From an uncultured Collinsella sp. (GTDB lineage: Bacteria; Actinomycetota; Coriobacteriia; Coriobacteriales; Coriobacteriaceae): a stretch of 64,000 bases of DNA. The notes under the pieces are model-generated. The model did no database searches, was not told where the DNA came from, and was given only the letters and a program-made list of their open reading frames with translations. The stretch spans positions 16,678-80,677 of the forward strand of contig CATXLW010000008.1 of assembly GCA_958371715.1 (NCBI GenBank). The letters run 5' to 3'. The position numbers were made by a program, and so were the translations under genes. Positions 18,601 to 26,458 of this stretch are shown piece after piece (position 1 is the first letter of the stretch; every line of letters starts with the position of its first letter).

Positions 18601-21600
18601 GCTCGTGCTTCCGTAGCCAAAACTCTCCAGCAGGCTCGCATGGGTGAAGATCGTTTTGTTCTTTTGGCTGGGCAAGCTGATTTGCTCAAACTTTGCCGTC
18701 ACCTGATCGGCCTCACTGCCTACACCAAGCTTTCCGAACAGCGACGTAGCCGCCTTGGTGTCACTCGTGTACCCAGTAGTCTTGATATTCTTCGCGTTCA
18801 GGCTCACGTACTTCTGCATCTCGTTGATGAGCAGAGGCATATAGGCGTTAGCATCCGTGGCGCTGTTGGCGCCGTCGACAATCAGATTGTTGAGCGTAAG
18901 ACCATCAATTGAGATCTTTCTAATCTTGGTGCCATTGCCGTCGCTGGACCCATACACGTAGCGGCACACGAGCGCGCCCGAAGAGCTTCCGCTTGCTCCA
19001 TCAGTGTCTTCAGAGCTCTTTCCGTCATTAATAACGGGCCCAACAGTACCACGCAAAGTGACGTTTTTTACTGTGAGATCGCCGTTTGCCACCGTTCGAA
19101 AAAGACCGCAGTGCATGTTCTCGTGCTGGGTAGCATCGGAATTTAGCTTGTTGCCATTCTGCTCGGCCTTGATCTTGGAGTAACAGAAGGTAATGGTCGC
19201 ATTCTCAACCGTCACCTCTCCGCTCGGCTGAGTGGGATAATAGCTGTAGCCGGCCAAATCGATTGTACCCGTTATGGTTATGGAATCATCGAGCCCTGTC
19301 GTGCCATTGGGAACGATTGTCGAACGAATACCTTCGGGAGCATAACGGTAAGCAGACCATAAGAGCAGCTTTTCCGCTGTATCGATTTGACTGCCACTAA
19401 AGCCGCCTTCACAATTCTTAGAGGCTATGTCGAGGTTGTAGAAGTAGCGGGTATTGCCGTTCGTATTCTGGCTTCGACCGAAAGACGAGCGATTATGGTA
19501 GCTGTTGTCTTTTGTGGAATCGCCGTCCATGTCCAGCTTGTTTTTCTGTGTGTGTAGCGAAACGACCGTGTTCCAGTCGGCGTCCATGAGCTTGCTGCCG
19601 TTGTTTGGTTTTACACCGCTGCCAACCCATTCATCGAAGGACGTTACGCCCGACGCAACGATGGCCCCCTCGCCGGTGGGCACCCTATAGGCGGTATCCC
19701 AATAAGCCCTGTCCTCCAAGTACAGGCCTAGGTAGCTCTCGACGCCATATGTCGTCTTATCATCCACCTTGCAGCCGCGGCAAACTAGAACGCCGAGCGT
19801 CTGAGCGGCGCCCGCATTAATGGTTGTGCCCGAGAGATCGATGGCATAGTTGTTGATAATCCAGCGGCCGCTCGCGGCGTATACAAGACCACCGAGTTCC
19901 TTGGAATCATCCGCAGTCGCGGTTATAGAAGCGTTGGTCGTTTTCAGAGCATAAGAGTTTTCATTCTTGTTAATGCTCTCATCTCCGATAGTTACGACCG
20001 CGTTGCCCCAGCTATAACCCAAGAAACCACCCGTGCCATTGAGCTTATCGCCGTTCCTGCCGACTTTCATTTCGAATGAATTGAACGAAAGGCCCGAAAT
20101 GTTCACGTACTTATCAGCTGAGTTGGCTATTGTCCCTGCATTGTAGGTACTCTGTGCGATGCAGCCGATAAGACCACCGACTTGGGCAATCTTGCCGCCG
20201 GCGCAATCGCCAGTTTCGATTGATCCGGCGACTTCGAGGCCCGCAACATTGAATGACGAGCCATAATCGCCCGCATAACCAATGGCGCCGCCAATGCGAC
20301 TATTGCCGTTAAGCGTTTTAGTTGCAGCGATGGTCGCTTGAGCCTTGCTGTTATCCTTAAACGCAACCGTAGAAGCCGCCAGCACGCTGCCCGCAATACC
20401 GCCAATGTTCACGTCATTGGCAAACGTATCATCGCACGCGATATTCGTTTTGCACGTTACGCCAGACAATGACAGGTTGCCGACGATGGCACACGCAAGC
20501 GACCCGGCATCGATAGCCGAACCGTTATCGAACTTCATGGAGCCAGCGATTGTGACGTTGGAGATGGTTGCACCGTTGACGGCCGCGAACAAGCCCAAGC
20601 GGCCGTGGCGGTAGATTTTGCCGTTGCCGTTGCTCGTGTTATTGCCGTCGAGCACGTCTTCACCACGCTTGCCGTACGCCTCGCCGACGGCAAGGTTGAT
20701 TGTGCCGTTGCCATTTGTGCCGCCGCCGTTCAACGTTCCCGAGAAGACTTGCGAGCCGTCTGCACGATCCTGCGTGAAACCCGTCAGGCCCGTGCCCTTG
20801 AGATCAATAGTGCCGTTCACCGTAATGGTCGAGGACTGCAAGATGTTCGGGCTGTTTTCAGAAACGCCCTCGACCATGGAGTAGTAGCCGTTGGTTTGCC
20901 AGGTGATTGCAAGTTTGGCGAAATCCTCAACAGAGGTTAGGGTGTAGGCACCGCCGTCTGATGTCAGCGACGTCGGCAAGGTCAACTTGTGCGAGTTCGG
21001 ATCGAGCGCAATAAAGCTATTGCCCAGGCCCTTACCGTCCAAGCCCTTACCCAAGCGAATGACCTCGCCGTAGGTCGCGATGTCGTCTGTCTTTGAGGCA
21101 GTATTGCTACGTTTGAAGGTCCAACCCTTAGCACCTTTGTCGGTCAGTTCTCCATTAGAGCCATTGCCGGCAGCGAAGATCAGCGCGTTGTGGTTCTCGT
21201 ATACGAGCTGACCCGTCGTGGCGTTCTCGGCAAAACTTGCGCCCGACAGATCCGTGATGCCGCTGAATTTGATTACAGCATTCCACGCGGATCCCGCAAT
21301 TCCCGCGGCACGGTTGCTTTGCGCCTTACCGATAGGATTGTCGCTTGTAAGTTTGAAATCTCGCACGTCAAGGACATTGCGCGTATCGACAACGCCCACG
21401 GCGCCACCGAACTTTCCGGTACCCGTTCGCGCCGAAGCATCTCCCTTGCACGCAACCGTCACGCCGTTGAAGACAACGGCAACGGGCTGCGAGTTAGGAT
21501 TTGCGCTATCGCCAACATTGCCAACAACGCCGCCTGCGTCGGACAACTTGCTCGCAAGGTCAAACTCAATTGAGCACGTATTCTTATTATCTGCATCCTT

Positions 21601-23316
21601 TTCAACAACAAAGGCGCGCAAAGCGCCGTCGTCGTCCGTTTTCGTCGCGAACACCTTGCCGACAAGGCCGCCGTAGCTGCCGTTGACACTAACATCTTCT
21701 GGTAAGGCGAGTTTGCTCTTATACGTCCCGCCTTGCACCACGATGTCTCCATTAGAGATATCGGCCATGCCAAAAAGAGCGCCGGCGCGCTGCGACGCAC
21801 CAAGAGTCACAAGGTCGCCCAGGTCGAACATATTGGACGTAACGGCAAATCCTTGCGCAAAGCTCACGTCGCCGATAACGCCACCAGAGCAAGCGCTGTT
21901 CTCGTCGCCAATATTTAGAGGACACCCAATCTGCTTATTATCCGCGCCCAGTGTGAGCACGGTCGCTTTACCAATAAAACCGCCGCTGGCAGTTGTGCCC
22001 TTGACGGTGAGCGCGTGTAGGTCGAGAGCTTTCGCGACGTTGACCATGGCACCCGTGCTCGAGCCAACGAGTCCTACAACGCCACCGGCGGAGCCGTTCG
22101 TAGACTGGACGGTGGCGGTGGGAACGTTTGCCAGAGTGCCAATGCTCAGGGTCGCACCGTCCTTGACTTCGCCTACGAGCAGGCCAGCGTTGCCAGAGCT
22201 CGTTTTGACGGCTCCGCCTGAGGTCAGATCGTTGGGGAACGTGACGGACTCAACCGTCAAGCTCCCGCTCTCGACCGTGTTGGCAATCAAGCCAATGTTG
22301 CCCGTCGCATTCGCGTTGAGATTCTTTCGAGAATCGGTGAGGCTATAGGTAACGTTCGCAGCAAGGTTGCCCGTCGTCGCACCCAGGAGGGGTGCCGTCA
22401 AGGCGGAAGTCGTATCCTTCACATCAACGTTCACGGGTTCCACGATGTCAACCGACGCGATGAGTGTCTTGCTCTCTTCGCCGTTTTCCGCACCGCTGAC
22501 CTTCGAAGCGACCATCGGCGCGCTATAGCTAGTCGCGCCTACCCACTTTATCCTGACCGTTTTGTTTTGGTCAGACAGCTTGAGGTTATTAAAAACCGTC
22601 CGATCAGTCGTAAGCTCGACGGGACTATCAACGTCCCTATAGATCCTGCCTTCAAACGGACATTCATCACTGCCAAGACCCTGGAAAGACATGCCGTTAT
22701 TAGCCGACTCGGTGAGCTTCGCATCGCCCGTGATGATAACCTTGATCTGCGCATCATAGTAAAGCGAAGCGTCGGCGTTAGACAGGACGGCGAACGCCTC
22801 CGACGACTTGACATCGAGGCTTCGGATTCCGCTCTCGTCGTCTTTGCGCACGATGCTTTCCGCGCCGTTCTTCTCGAGCAGCTCGACGAGCTTACTCAAA
22901 TCCGTGATCGTCGCACCCGCCTGGGCCTCAGCGTCCTCCGAAGTCGCATCATCGGCATCTTGCTCGACATCATCAGCAGCAGCATCCCCTGCCGCATCGT
23001 CGCCCTCCGTCTGGTCGCCCGTGGAATCGGAACCCGCGGCGCTATCGGAAGTATCGCCCGTTGCAGCATCGTCTTTCGCAGCGCCATCCTCAGCGCTGTC
23101 ACCCGCGGCACCAGCATCACTCGCCCCAGACCCATTCGCGGCGTCGCCGTTGGCCTCGCCGCTCTCGGCAGTATCCAACGCCTTCGCAGATGCGGCAGCA
23201 ATCTCGTTCGAGATGTTCTGCCAGCCTGCCGCCACAGCAGGCACCGTGGGCGAGCATGCTTGGAGCACCATGACCACCGTCATGAACTCTGCGAATATGC
23301 GCTTTGCCGTTCTCAT
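12601..23316 (-). CDS. Giant secreted surface protein (3,571 aa) with about 20 GLUG-type repeats (predicted beta-helix) and a ~900-aa non-GLUG C-terminal region
   Basis: Uninterrupted 10.7-kb ORF with an AAGAGG RBS upstream. N-terminal signal MRTAKRIFAEFMTVVMVLQAC (possible lipobox LQAC), then an acidic D/A/G-rich tract. At least 20 GG-hydrophobic-hydrophobic-G cores (GGVVG, GGLVG, GGLIG, GGFIG, GGYVG...) sit in contexts typical of the GLUG motif. No LPXTG or other wall-anchor motif at the C-terminus (...YTLTRVNLNGIDH). Confidence 0.85.
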   Translation of the reverse strand: MRTAKRIFAEFMTVVMVLQACSPTVPAVAAGWQNISNEIAAASAKALDTAESGEANGDAANGSGASDAGAAGDSAEDGAAKDDAATGDTSDSAAGSDSTGDQTEGDDAAGDAAADDVEQDADDATSEDAEAQAGATITDLSKLVELLEKNGAESIVRKDDESGIRSLDVKSSEAFAVLSNADASLYYDAQIKVIITGDAKLTESANNGMSFQGLGSDECPFEGRIYRDVDSPVELTTDRTVFNNLKLSDQNKTVRIKWVGATSYSAPMVASKVSGAENGEESKTLIASVDIVEPVNVDVKDTTSALTAPLLGATTGNLAANVTYSLTDSRKNLNANATGNIGLIANTVESGSLTVESVTFPNDLTSGGAVKTSSGNAGLLVGEVKDGATLSIGTLANVPTATVQSTNGSAGGVVGLVGSSTGAMVNVAKALDLHALTVKGTTASGGFIGKATVLTLGADNKQIGCPLNIGDENSACSGGVIGDVSFAQGFAVTSNMFDLGDLVTLGASQRAGALFGMADISNGDIVVQGGTYKSKLALPEDVSVNGSYGGLVGKVFATKTDDDGALRAFVVEKDADNKNTCSIEFDLASKLSDAGGVVGNVGDSANPNSQPVAVVFNGVTVACKGDASARTGTGKFGGAVGVVDTRNVLDVRDFKLTSDNPIGKAQSNRAAGIAGSAWNAVIKFSGITDLSGASFAENATTGQLVYENHNALIFAAGNGSNGELTDKGAKGWTFKRSNTASKTDDIATYGEVIRLGKGLDGKGLGNSFIALDPNSHKLTLPTSLTSDGGAYTLTSVEDFAKLAITWQTNGYYSMVEGVSENSPNILQSSTITVNGTIDLKGTGLTGFTQDRADGSQVFSGTLNGGGTNGNGTINLAVGEAYGKRGEDVLDGNNTSNGNGKIYRHGRLGLFAAVNGATISNVTIAGSMKFDNGSAIDAGSLACAIVGNLSLSGVTCKTNIACDDTFANDVNIGGIAGSVLAASTVAFKDNSKAQATIAATKTLNGNSRIGGAIGYAGDYGSSFNVAGLEVAGSIETGDCAGGKIAQVGGLIGCIAQSTYNAGTIANSADKYVNISGLSFNSFEMKVGRNGDKLNGTGGFLGYSWGNAVVTIGDESINKNENSYALKTTNASITATADDSKELGGLVYAASGRWIINNYAIDLSGTTINAGAAQTLGVLVCRGCKVDDKTTYGVESYLGLYLEDRAYWDTAYRVPTGEGAIVASGVTSFDEWVGSGVKPNNGSKLMDADWNTVVSLHTQKNKLDMDGDSTKDNSYHNRSSFGRSQNTNGNTRYFYNLDIASKNCEGGFSGSQIDTAEKLLLWSAYRYAPEGIRSTIVPNGTTGLDDSITITGTIDLAGYSYYPTQPSGEVTVENATITFCYSKIKAEQNGNKLNSDATQHENMHCGLFRTVANGDLTVKNVTLRGTVGPVINDGKSSEDTDGASGSSSGALVCRYVYGSSDGNGTKIRKISIDGLTLNNLIVDGANSATDANAYMPLLINEMQKYVSLNAKNIKTTGYTSDTKAATSLFGKLGVGSEADQVTAKFEQISLPSQKNKTIFTHASLLESFGYGSTSTGSADYTFTKADADADAGKVTYGSEIDGSTEYPGKQLWYYDEATYGAVSGYVTVDGKKDGDVRPWFGGYLPYVYKGKATESGVQYHEIKVNQRIPKLVEGCGTYGDPYAVKDATEMNAIANYINNQTALDGWEVTIAVNQSTLCTRRSDNKTDNEVTYVYKQAKDTGKKWEKKTGDTTDPSATLSDEMMHRYIQSAYYSIEPTGGNTITLDGASFGGFGNKANPFRGVIVGNPKGDKKATIKIENNEGSLRGLIPYSYGSVVRDLNIRYVNASATITYSAKDADGVPTSFFGGVIGCILGGDNIIDGVAVNGTTPDNSTTGFTVAGGGTKPHLVPIGGYVGAIAGGGVIFRNMSGTSWRAGTSDKSQGLGTGNFRQYDNPYVGRVIDGYAFSEGCKVENGNANYKINELTNKGAACVTTTGTDNKYIGTDAEAPVTTVENAQGLLVLSAIISSGAGAGAAHTDYANYGVFRGSKAYWGSDKQNPAINGYLFGNKEYGKVRNASYDCVGKPASASGDFETAKNDDQKAPGKQGWHGPLNHDDDVNSPYLVASYAADYQTGYVCASKSIGMSLEFKENATYDMTGYGTGYVGLSGRYYSNACSSNEASTDRDRITPHVATIDGNGATITVGTKDATYGVVEYADDDYKVSGVGGLFSTVMFTSTNVGQSVTANDGAQVKDLTFSNCNVSLTYKDANGSIASGPASNDLIGTGLLAGATANYDGNTRGVYRNVQMKNCTVLGAKSVGGLLGSSGRTSRRTDNDVTYMVNFGSGTQAPANLCDCSYTGLNVTGEKKVGGYVGAIASPCGVWTTAATGVYEKTIGKNSTITATGTTPYVGGVFGYTSSNVSVNTKIGITEAVASSTAVISGVNVLATGSNTDKYMGAGGVVGSAYRGVISISNVRIDAGGDAKSAIIGDATGTNNSIRNAGGLIGEVTSSGSPNTYWFEDCSVENINIAGTDQCSGGLIGYYFSNVNIACNNIAIESATIKGRWSGGLLGAINSGADVINVTNTKVSNTTFGGTSNGGIAGDGRGQFHLVNVLMDSNTYKLGSKQGVLLGEVDTNGYSLSAAGVNVKLGNGKTTRDLPPMVYTTNAAAVNMKSYIAFGDYNDTLEAPDKGITLYGADNTATTAASPYVTTSPVSTLAARASDNDTTDRYLFGDGATIDTAATVQSEAGTGVADRYTYTNIGGINDNGAYQNKSSYDASSVASKFNSNNDTSSNQATADFPVLVISGNDNTTVKSYLNIVTNGGFSDACRLNNENGTNPHVTAKAEVFQLKDGVFVKDGDASNNPTLRVVNNGKNNMSFSPSSDWDNGKGRFTLLTVTFTEAGQSYNVQVPIIVKRKLEIDFTATYDYGTQFKEKDYANLGKDAHVLTSFGEPMTGLLTWTYNSANGKEVDFGWDSYMAAGGSMKGLGKSILFNGADGRLPQGTQLTLIDANVDGKAGGREYHYTVGEGGATSVSLSGNDGFKDSAGNPYQERWLSEILGVRAAQDGAGTWTVCDNEAEETAKAKLDGKWTLFKVAGADVPSNSRYTLKVPKEKDTGREKRASESVYLVVNVPKSGDGVTQASINGFTASSIDSNSSGGRISWNLHHVLRTDGSDDIQNSTASTYSILSNYEQNVVDKKDGACIPVSKSEDGAAYVLSLDVMDTVTFSPSQYYTESDHLFYQLDTSLCRYGANNNLMGVSSFPSGTSAIAKFYVAIGNQNYRWSGSDWEPYDASTPAFTQIVTDTGDDSLRLTLDHDLAGIRKRAAGGSFTVRTVVEEIRLTPDGCNKVISLSKQSGEDACTKMSYTAKLSTRKEGLNTSSLTQTERGNVGYYRMDKGDATIALSAPKKSQLGINVDDLRPIANGTIGLGATYELGGLNNAIEAIKDADSVVYTLTLKRRNGIDGSYEDVTDGISNYVKVTESKLAVANAAGNAITFTDSTKENGKFRTQNGDTTFNLPFTVQVNTQVEPRQFYANYRLVMTASLVTGGAMSATPQSPDYATYTLTRVNLNGIDH

Positions 23317-23355
23317 CGATTCCGTACCTCTTATCCTAAAACTCCGCTTCCAGAG

Positions 23356-24300
23356 TTATCGAGTCTCCGTTGTGCCCGTCAGAGTAGTTCCGTTCACGCT
23401 AATGTCCAGGTCGCCCCAGCCACCGGGCGTTTTGCCGTCCGCTCGATAAAAGTTGACGACCATCGAACCCGGCTCCATGGTGAACGTAGCCTTGCGTTTT
23501 TCAACATTCACCGTCGCGCCATGGTTGATCTCAAAGAACGGGTCGATCTCCACGTTCTCCCCCCACGCGAGCGTGACGTTTGCCGGTGCGCCCGTAACCG
23601 TCACGCGGTAGTTGTACGCAGCGTAATCAGCAAACTTGCCAGCCTCATCGACCAGCGCGCCCTCAACCGCAGCGGTCTTGACCTCGGCCCTCTTTGACGG
23701 CACGACTTTCGCCGCCAGACAGGCTAGCTCGGTGCCGGGGCTCTTCCCCGATACGACCGTGGCCTTAATCACAAAGTATGCTTGTCCCAACTTAGCCTCG
23801 GGGAAGGTCACGGTGTAGTCGTTCTTGGTAGGTTGATTCTCCGGAAGCGTGACGCTGCTACCGGGCTGGGGCGCATAGCTCCACGTGGCGCCATCGAGCC
23901 CGTGCCCCTCGACCGTCAAGGTGTATGTCACATTTTTGTCGTTGCAGAAGTTGCTGTTGCCCAGCAAGTAGTTGTAGATGCTAAAGGTAAAGTTGCATTG
24001 CCCGTTGCTGGGATACACTGTAACGGAGCGCTGGGCATGGGCGAGTTCGTCGTTGCTAGGCGCACTCATATAGCCCGTGAGTAAATCGCTCGCAAACAGG
24101 CTCTGCGCGGTGCCCGTTGCGGCGACGGACTTAAGAAATCCGTTGGCGATGTAGGCGGAATAGGTAAAGTAGCCACCCGCCACGAGCGCCACGGCACAAA
24201 CAAGTGCGATTGCTGCCACAACCAGCTTATTCTTGACTAGGCTTTTGCTTTTTGCCAGCTGCTCGCACTCGGCATCCTGCTGATTCTCTCGCTTCTCCAT
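23356..24300 (-). CDS. Single-pass (N-in) membrane/secreted protein, third of the triad upstream of the giant gene
   Basis: 314 aa with a charged N-terminus and one TM helix LVVAAIALVCAVALVAGGYFTYSAY, then a Thr/Val/Asn-rich beta-type ectodomain. It ends 39 nt upstream of the giant gene. Confidence 0.65.
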   Translation of the reverse strand: MEKRENQQDAECEQLAKSKSLVKNKLVVAAIALVCAVALVAGGYFTYSAYIANGFLKSVAATGTAQSLFASDLLTGYMSAPSNDELAHAQRSVTVYPSNGQCNFTFSIYNYLLGNSNFCNDKNVTYTLTVEGHGLDGATWSYAPQPGSSVTLPENQPTKNDYTVTFPEAKLGQAYFVIKATVVSGKSPGTELACLAAKVVPSKRAEVKTAAVEGALVDEAGKFADYAAYNYRVTVTGAPANVTLAWGENVEIDPFFEINHGATVNVEKRKATFTMEPGSMVVNFYRADGKTPGGWGDLDISVNGTTLTGTTETR

Positions 24301-24314
24301 GTGCGCCCCCTCTC

Positions 24315-25154
24315 CTATTTACCGCTCGTGTTGCGCGCTATCAGGTAGATCACGTCGGTCTCTTTGGTGCTCTCGTCCCACGAAAGCTTGATGATAAAGT
24401 TGAGTGTGTCATTGCCAGTCGAGCCGTCGAGCGTCTTGGCGTTGAGTTCGCTTTTGCCGAATTTCTTGTATCGGTAGAGCGGGCGCGCGTTGCGCTGGAC
24501 GTTTTGATAGTCCTTGAATGTAGGGTCGCTTGCGCCCTCGCCCGGCACGGCTGCCAGACCGTCGTTCTCCTTGTTGATATATTCGAAGCTCGTCAGCAGG
24601 TTCTCTCCGGTTGCTTTCCAGCTATAAGATTTGCCGTCTGCGGTACCGCTCACGTCGGGCGTCTGGAGCGCAGACGTGTTCTCGGCTCTGTACAGCTCAA
24701 TAGTGAGACCCGTAATGTTGGTCGTATTCGCGAGTTGCAGCTCAAAACCGTCACCGCCCGTTTGCACGCAAAACGCGCGCTTGAGCGTCACCGTGTTGCC
24801 AGTCTTGGTATCGCCGTATTCGGGGTTGTAGCTCAGGTCGATCTGCTCTGTTGCCGTAGCGTTGGGGCCCAGCACTTTGAGCTCTGCCGGCTCCTTGATC
24901 TTGCCGACGGTGGAGCCGCGATTGGCATCGACGAACCATCCGAGCGTCAATCCCAGCAACACGAGAAGCACGGCCACCAGACCCACGATGGCCAGGGATT
25001 CGCGACGGTGGTCGCTCACCCAAGCCTTGATGCGCTCGATGCGGCCAGCCGGACGCGCTTCGCCGTGCGAGCCGAACCCGTTGCCGCCGGGGTTTGCCGC
25101 TCCTTCGTTGTGTTTGATATCGCCCTGCTCGCGGGCATTAAGCTGCTCGTCCAT
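24315..25154 (-). CDS. Single-pass membrane/secreted protein, second of the triad
   Basis: 279 aa with a 53-aa cytoplasmic N-tail, TM helix LAIVGLVAVLLVLLGLTLGWFVDAN and a beta-rich ectodomain. It directly abuts the stop of the upstream gene. Confidence 0.65.
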   Translation of the reverse strand: MDEQLNAREQGDIKHNEGAANPGGNGFGSHGEARPAGRIERIKAWVSDHRRESLAIVGLVAVLLVLLGLTLGWFVDANRGSTVGKIKEPAELKVLGPNATATEQIDLSYNPEYGDTKTGNTVTLKRAFCVQTGGDGFELQLANTTNITGLTIELYRAENTSALQTPDVSGTADGKSYSWKATGENLLTSFEYINKENDGLAAVPGEGASDPTFKDYQNVQRNARPLYRYKKFGKSELNAKTLDGSTGNDTLNFIIKLSWDESTKETDVIYLIARNTSGK

Positions 25155-26213
25155 TTATTTATCCGCCTCCTTGGCGGTGAAGCGCACGCGAATGTACTTG
25201 ACGTTCTTGCCGATAATCTCGTCGGCGTTGTTGTAGTAGCCGGCGCAGGTTTCCACATCTGCAGAAGACATGCCGGCCTTGACAGGCGGAACCTTGCCGG
25301 GCGCCCGGCCCGGAACGCTCGTGCTGTCGGCGCGAAAATAGCGCGCGTGGTTCGTGTCGATGTCGCCGACGAGGGTTGTGTATCCCCCCTCGTCGTCTGT
25401 GTTAGCGAAAAGGTTGCCACCGTAGCCGGCGTTGCCCGTGTGAACATAGCTCTTGAACTGCTCCGGCCAAATCCAGTAGAGGGTTTTGGTGACGGTTTCG
25501 GTCGTGCTATTTGAGTCCGCAGCGTAAAAGCTCGACTTTGGGATGGTAAAGCTCTGCGTAATGACGGTGACGCTGGCCCCGTCCTGGGTCACCGTGGTGG
25601 TCGTGGGGACCAGCGGATTCGAGTAAAAGCCAGAGGCGTCTTTGCCCTGAAAAACCAGGATATGACCGCGCACCAAATCTTTAAGCGAGTTGATGATCTC
25701 TTCGTTTTTCGATGCATCCGCAGCAGTGCCGCCCGTGCCCGCAACGCTCGTCTGGACAGAGATTTCCCAGGTCATTTCCACCGTGATATCACGCAGGTCA
25801 TTGCAGAGCGGCCTGACGTTGAGCTGGAGCTGGCCGGCCGACCCCGGAGAGAGACCGCCATCGGCGCTCATGTTATTGAGGTTGAAAAGATTGTTCACGG
25901 CAAGGCTTGTACTGTCCGACGCGTAGTTGTCCTGAGTGTCGTACTTACCCGCCGTGCCGCCCTGCGTTCCCGAGAGCACAAACCGCGGGCCCTTCGCCGC
26001 GATCGTGCTCCCCGTGGCACTCACTCGGTTATTCGCGGCAAACCAGGCCAGGCATGCAAAGATGGCAACGATGGCGGCCAGCACAAACAGACCGCTCACC
26101 AGGAAATCCTTCCAGAAATCCTTGAGGGTCCGCACGTGCTCGTCGGCAGCTTGGCGGTACTCGGCCGCCGTCTTGTGCTGCTGGAGCTCGCTATGTCGGT
26201 CCATGCCACTCAT
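25155..26213 (-). CDS. Single-pass membrane/secreted protein, first of the triad; weak TasA/CalY-like features
   Basis: 352 aa with a 37-aa charged N-tail and TM helix LVSGLFVLAAIVAIFACLAWFAANN. This is followed by RVSATGSTIAAKGPRFVLSG and LSPGSAGQLQLNV, which resemble the mature N-terminus and first strands of TasA/camelysin-type proteins (comparison from memory only). Confidence 0.6.
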   Translation of the reverse strand: MSGMDRHSELQQHKTAAEYRQAADEHVRTLKDFWKDFLVSGLFVLAAIVAIFACLAWFAANNRVSATGSTIAAKGPRFVLSGTQGGTAGKYDTQDNYASDSTSLAVNNLFNLNNMSADGGLSPGSAGQLQLNVRPLCNDLRDITVEMTWEISVQTSVAGTGGTAADASKNEEIINSLKDLVRGHILVFQGKDASGFYSNPLVPTTTTVTQDGASVTVITQSFTIPKSSFYAADSNSTTETVTKTLYWIWPEQFKSYVHTGNAGYGGNLFANTDDEGGYTTLVGDIDTNHARYFRADSTSVPGRAPGKVPPVKAGMSSADVETCAGYYNNADEIIGKNVKYIRVRFTAKEADK

Positions 26214-26392
26214 CGTTTACGTTTGCCCTGCTAGCGGGCGTGCCATCCTTTCCGCTTGGGTGTGCTCAATCCATTGCTCGTAGGCATAGAATTCAGGCAG
26301 AATACAACACCATACGATAAGGTAAAAGAATAGCATTGACCTGCGGTTTGCTCCACAGCGCAAGCCTTAATGATGTCTTAAAAGTCAAACCC

Positions 26393-26458
26393 TTGGTGCA
26401 AGTGGTCAGGTTACTTCGCGCCAACATGGTGCAAACAAACCTGACCCCCTTGCACCAA
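26393..26458. promoter_or_regulatory. ~20-bp inverted repeat TTGGTGCAAGTGGTCAGGTT / AACCTGACCCCCTTGCACCAA, with a third GGTGCAA copy in the loop
   Basis: Read from the sequence. It lies 40 nt after the stop of the ATPase gene and 180-245 nt upstream of the triad operon start. It could be a terminator for the former or an operator for the latter. Confidence 0.4.

Noticed and set aside
19111-19125. HEXXH (HENMH) zinc-metalloprotease motif in the giant protein
   Set aside because: It is a single occurrence inside a GLUG-module context (HENMHCGLFRT), with no downstream third ligand or Met-turn that I can see. A chance occurrence is expected in 3,571 aa.
24252-25514. 420-aa + strand ORF across the triad genes
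   Set aside because: It is antisense to two ORFs with clean TM-helix and ectodomain architecture and operon spacing, and it has no features of its own.
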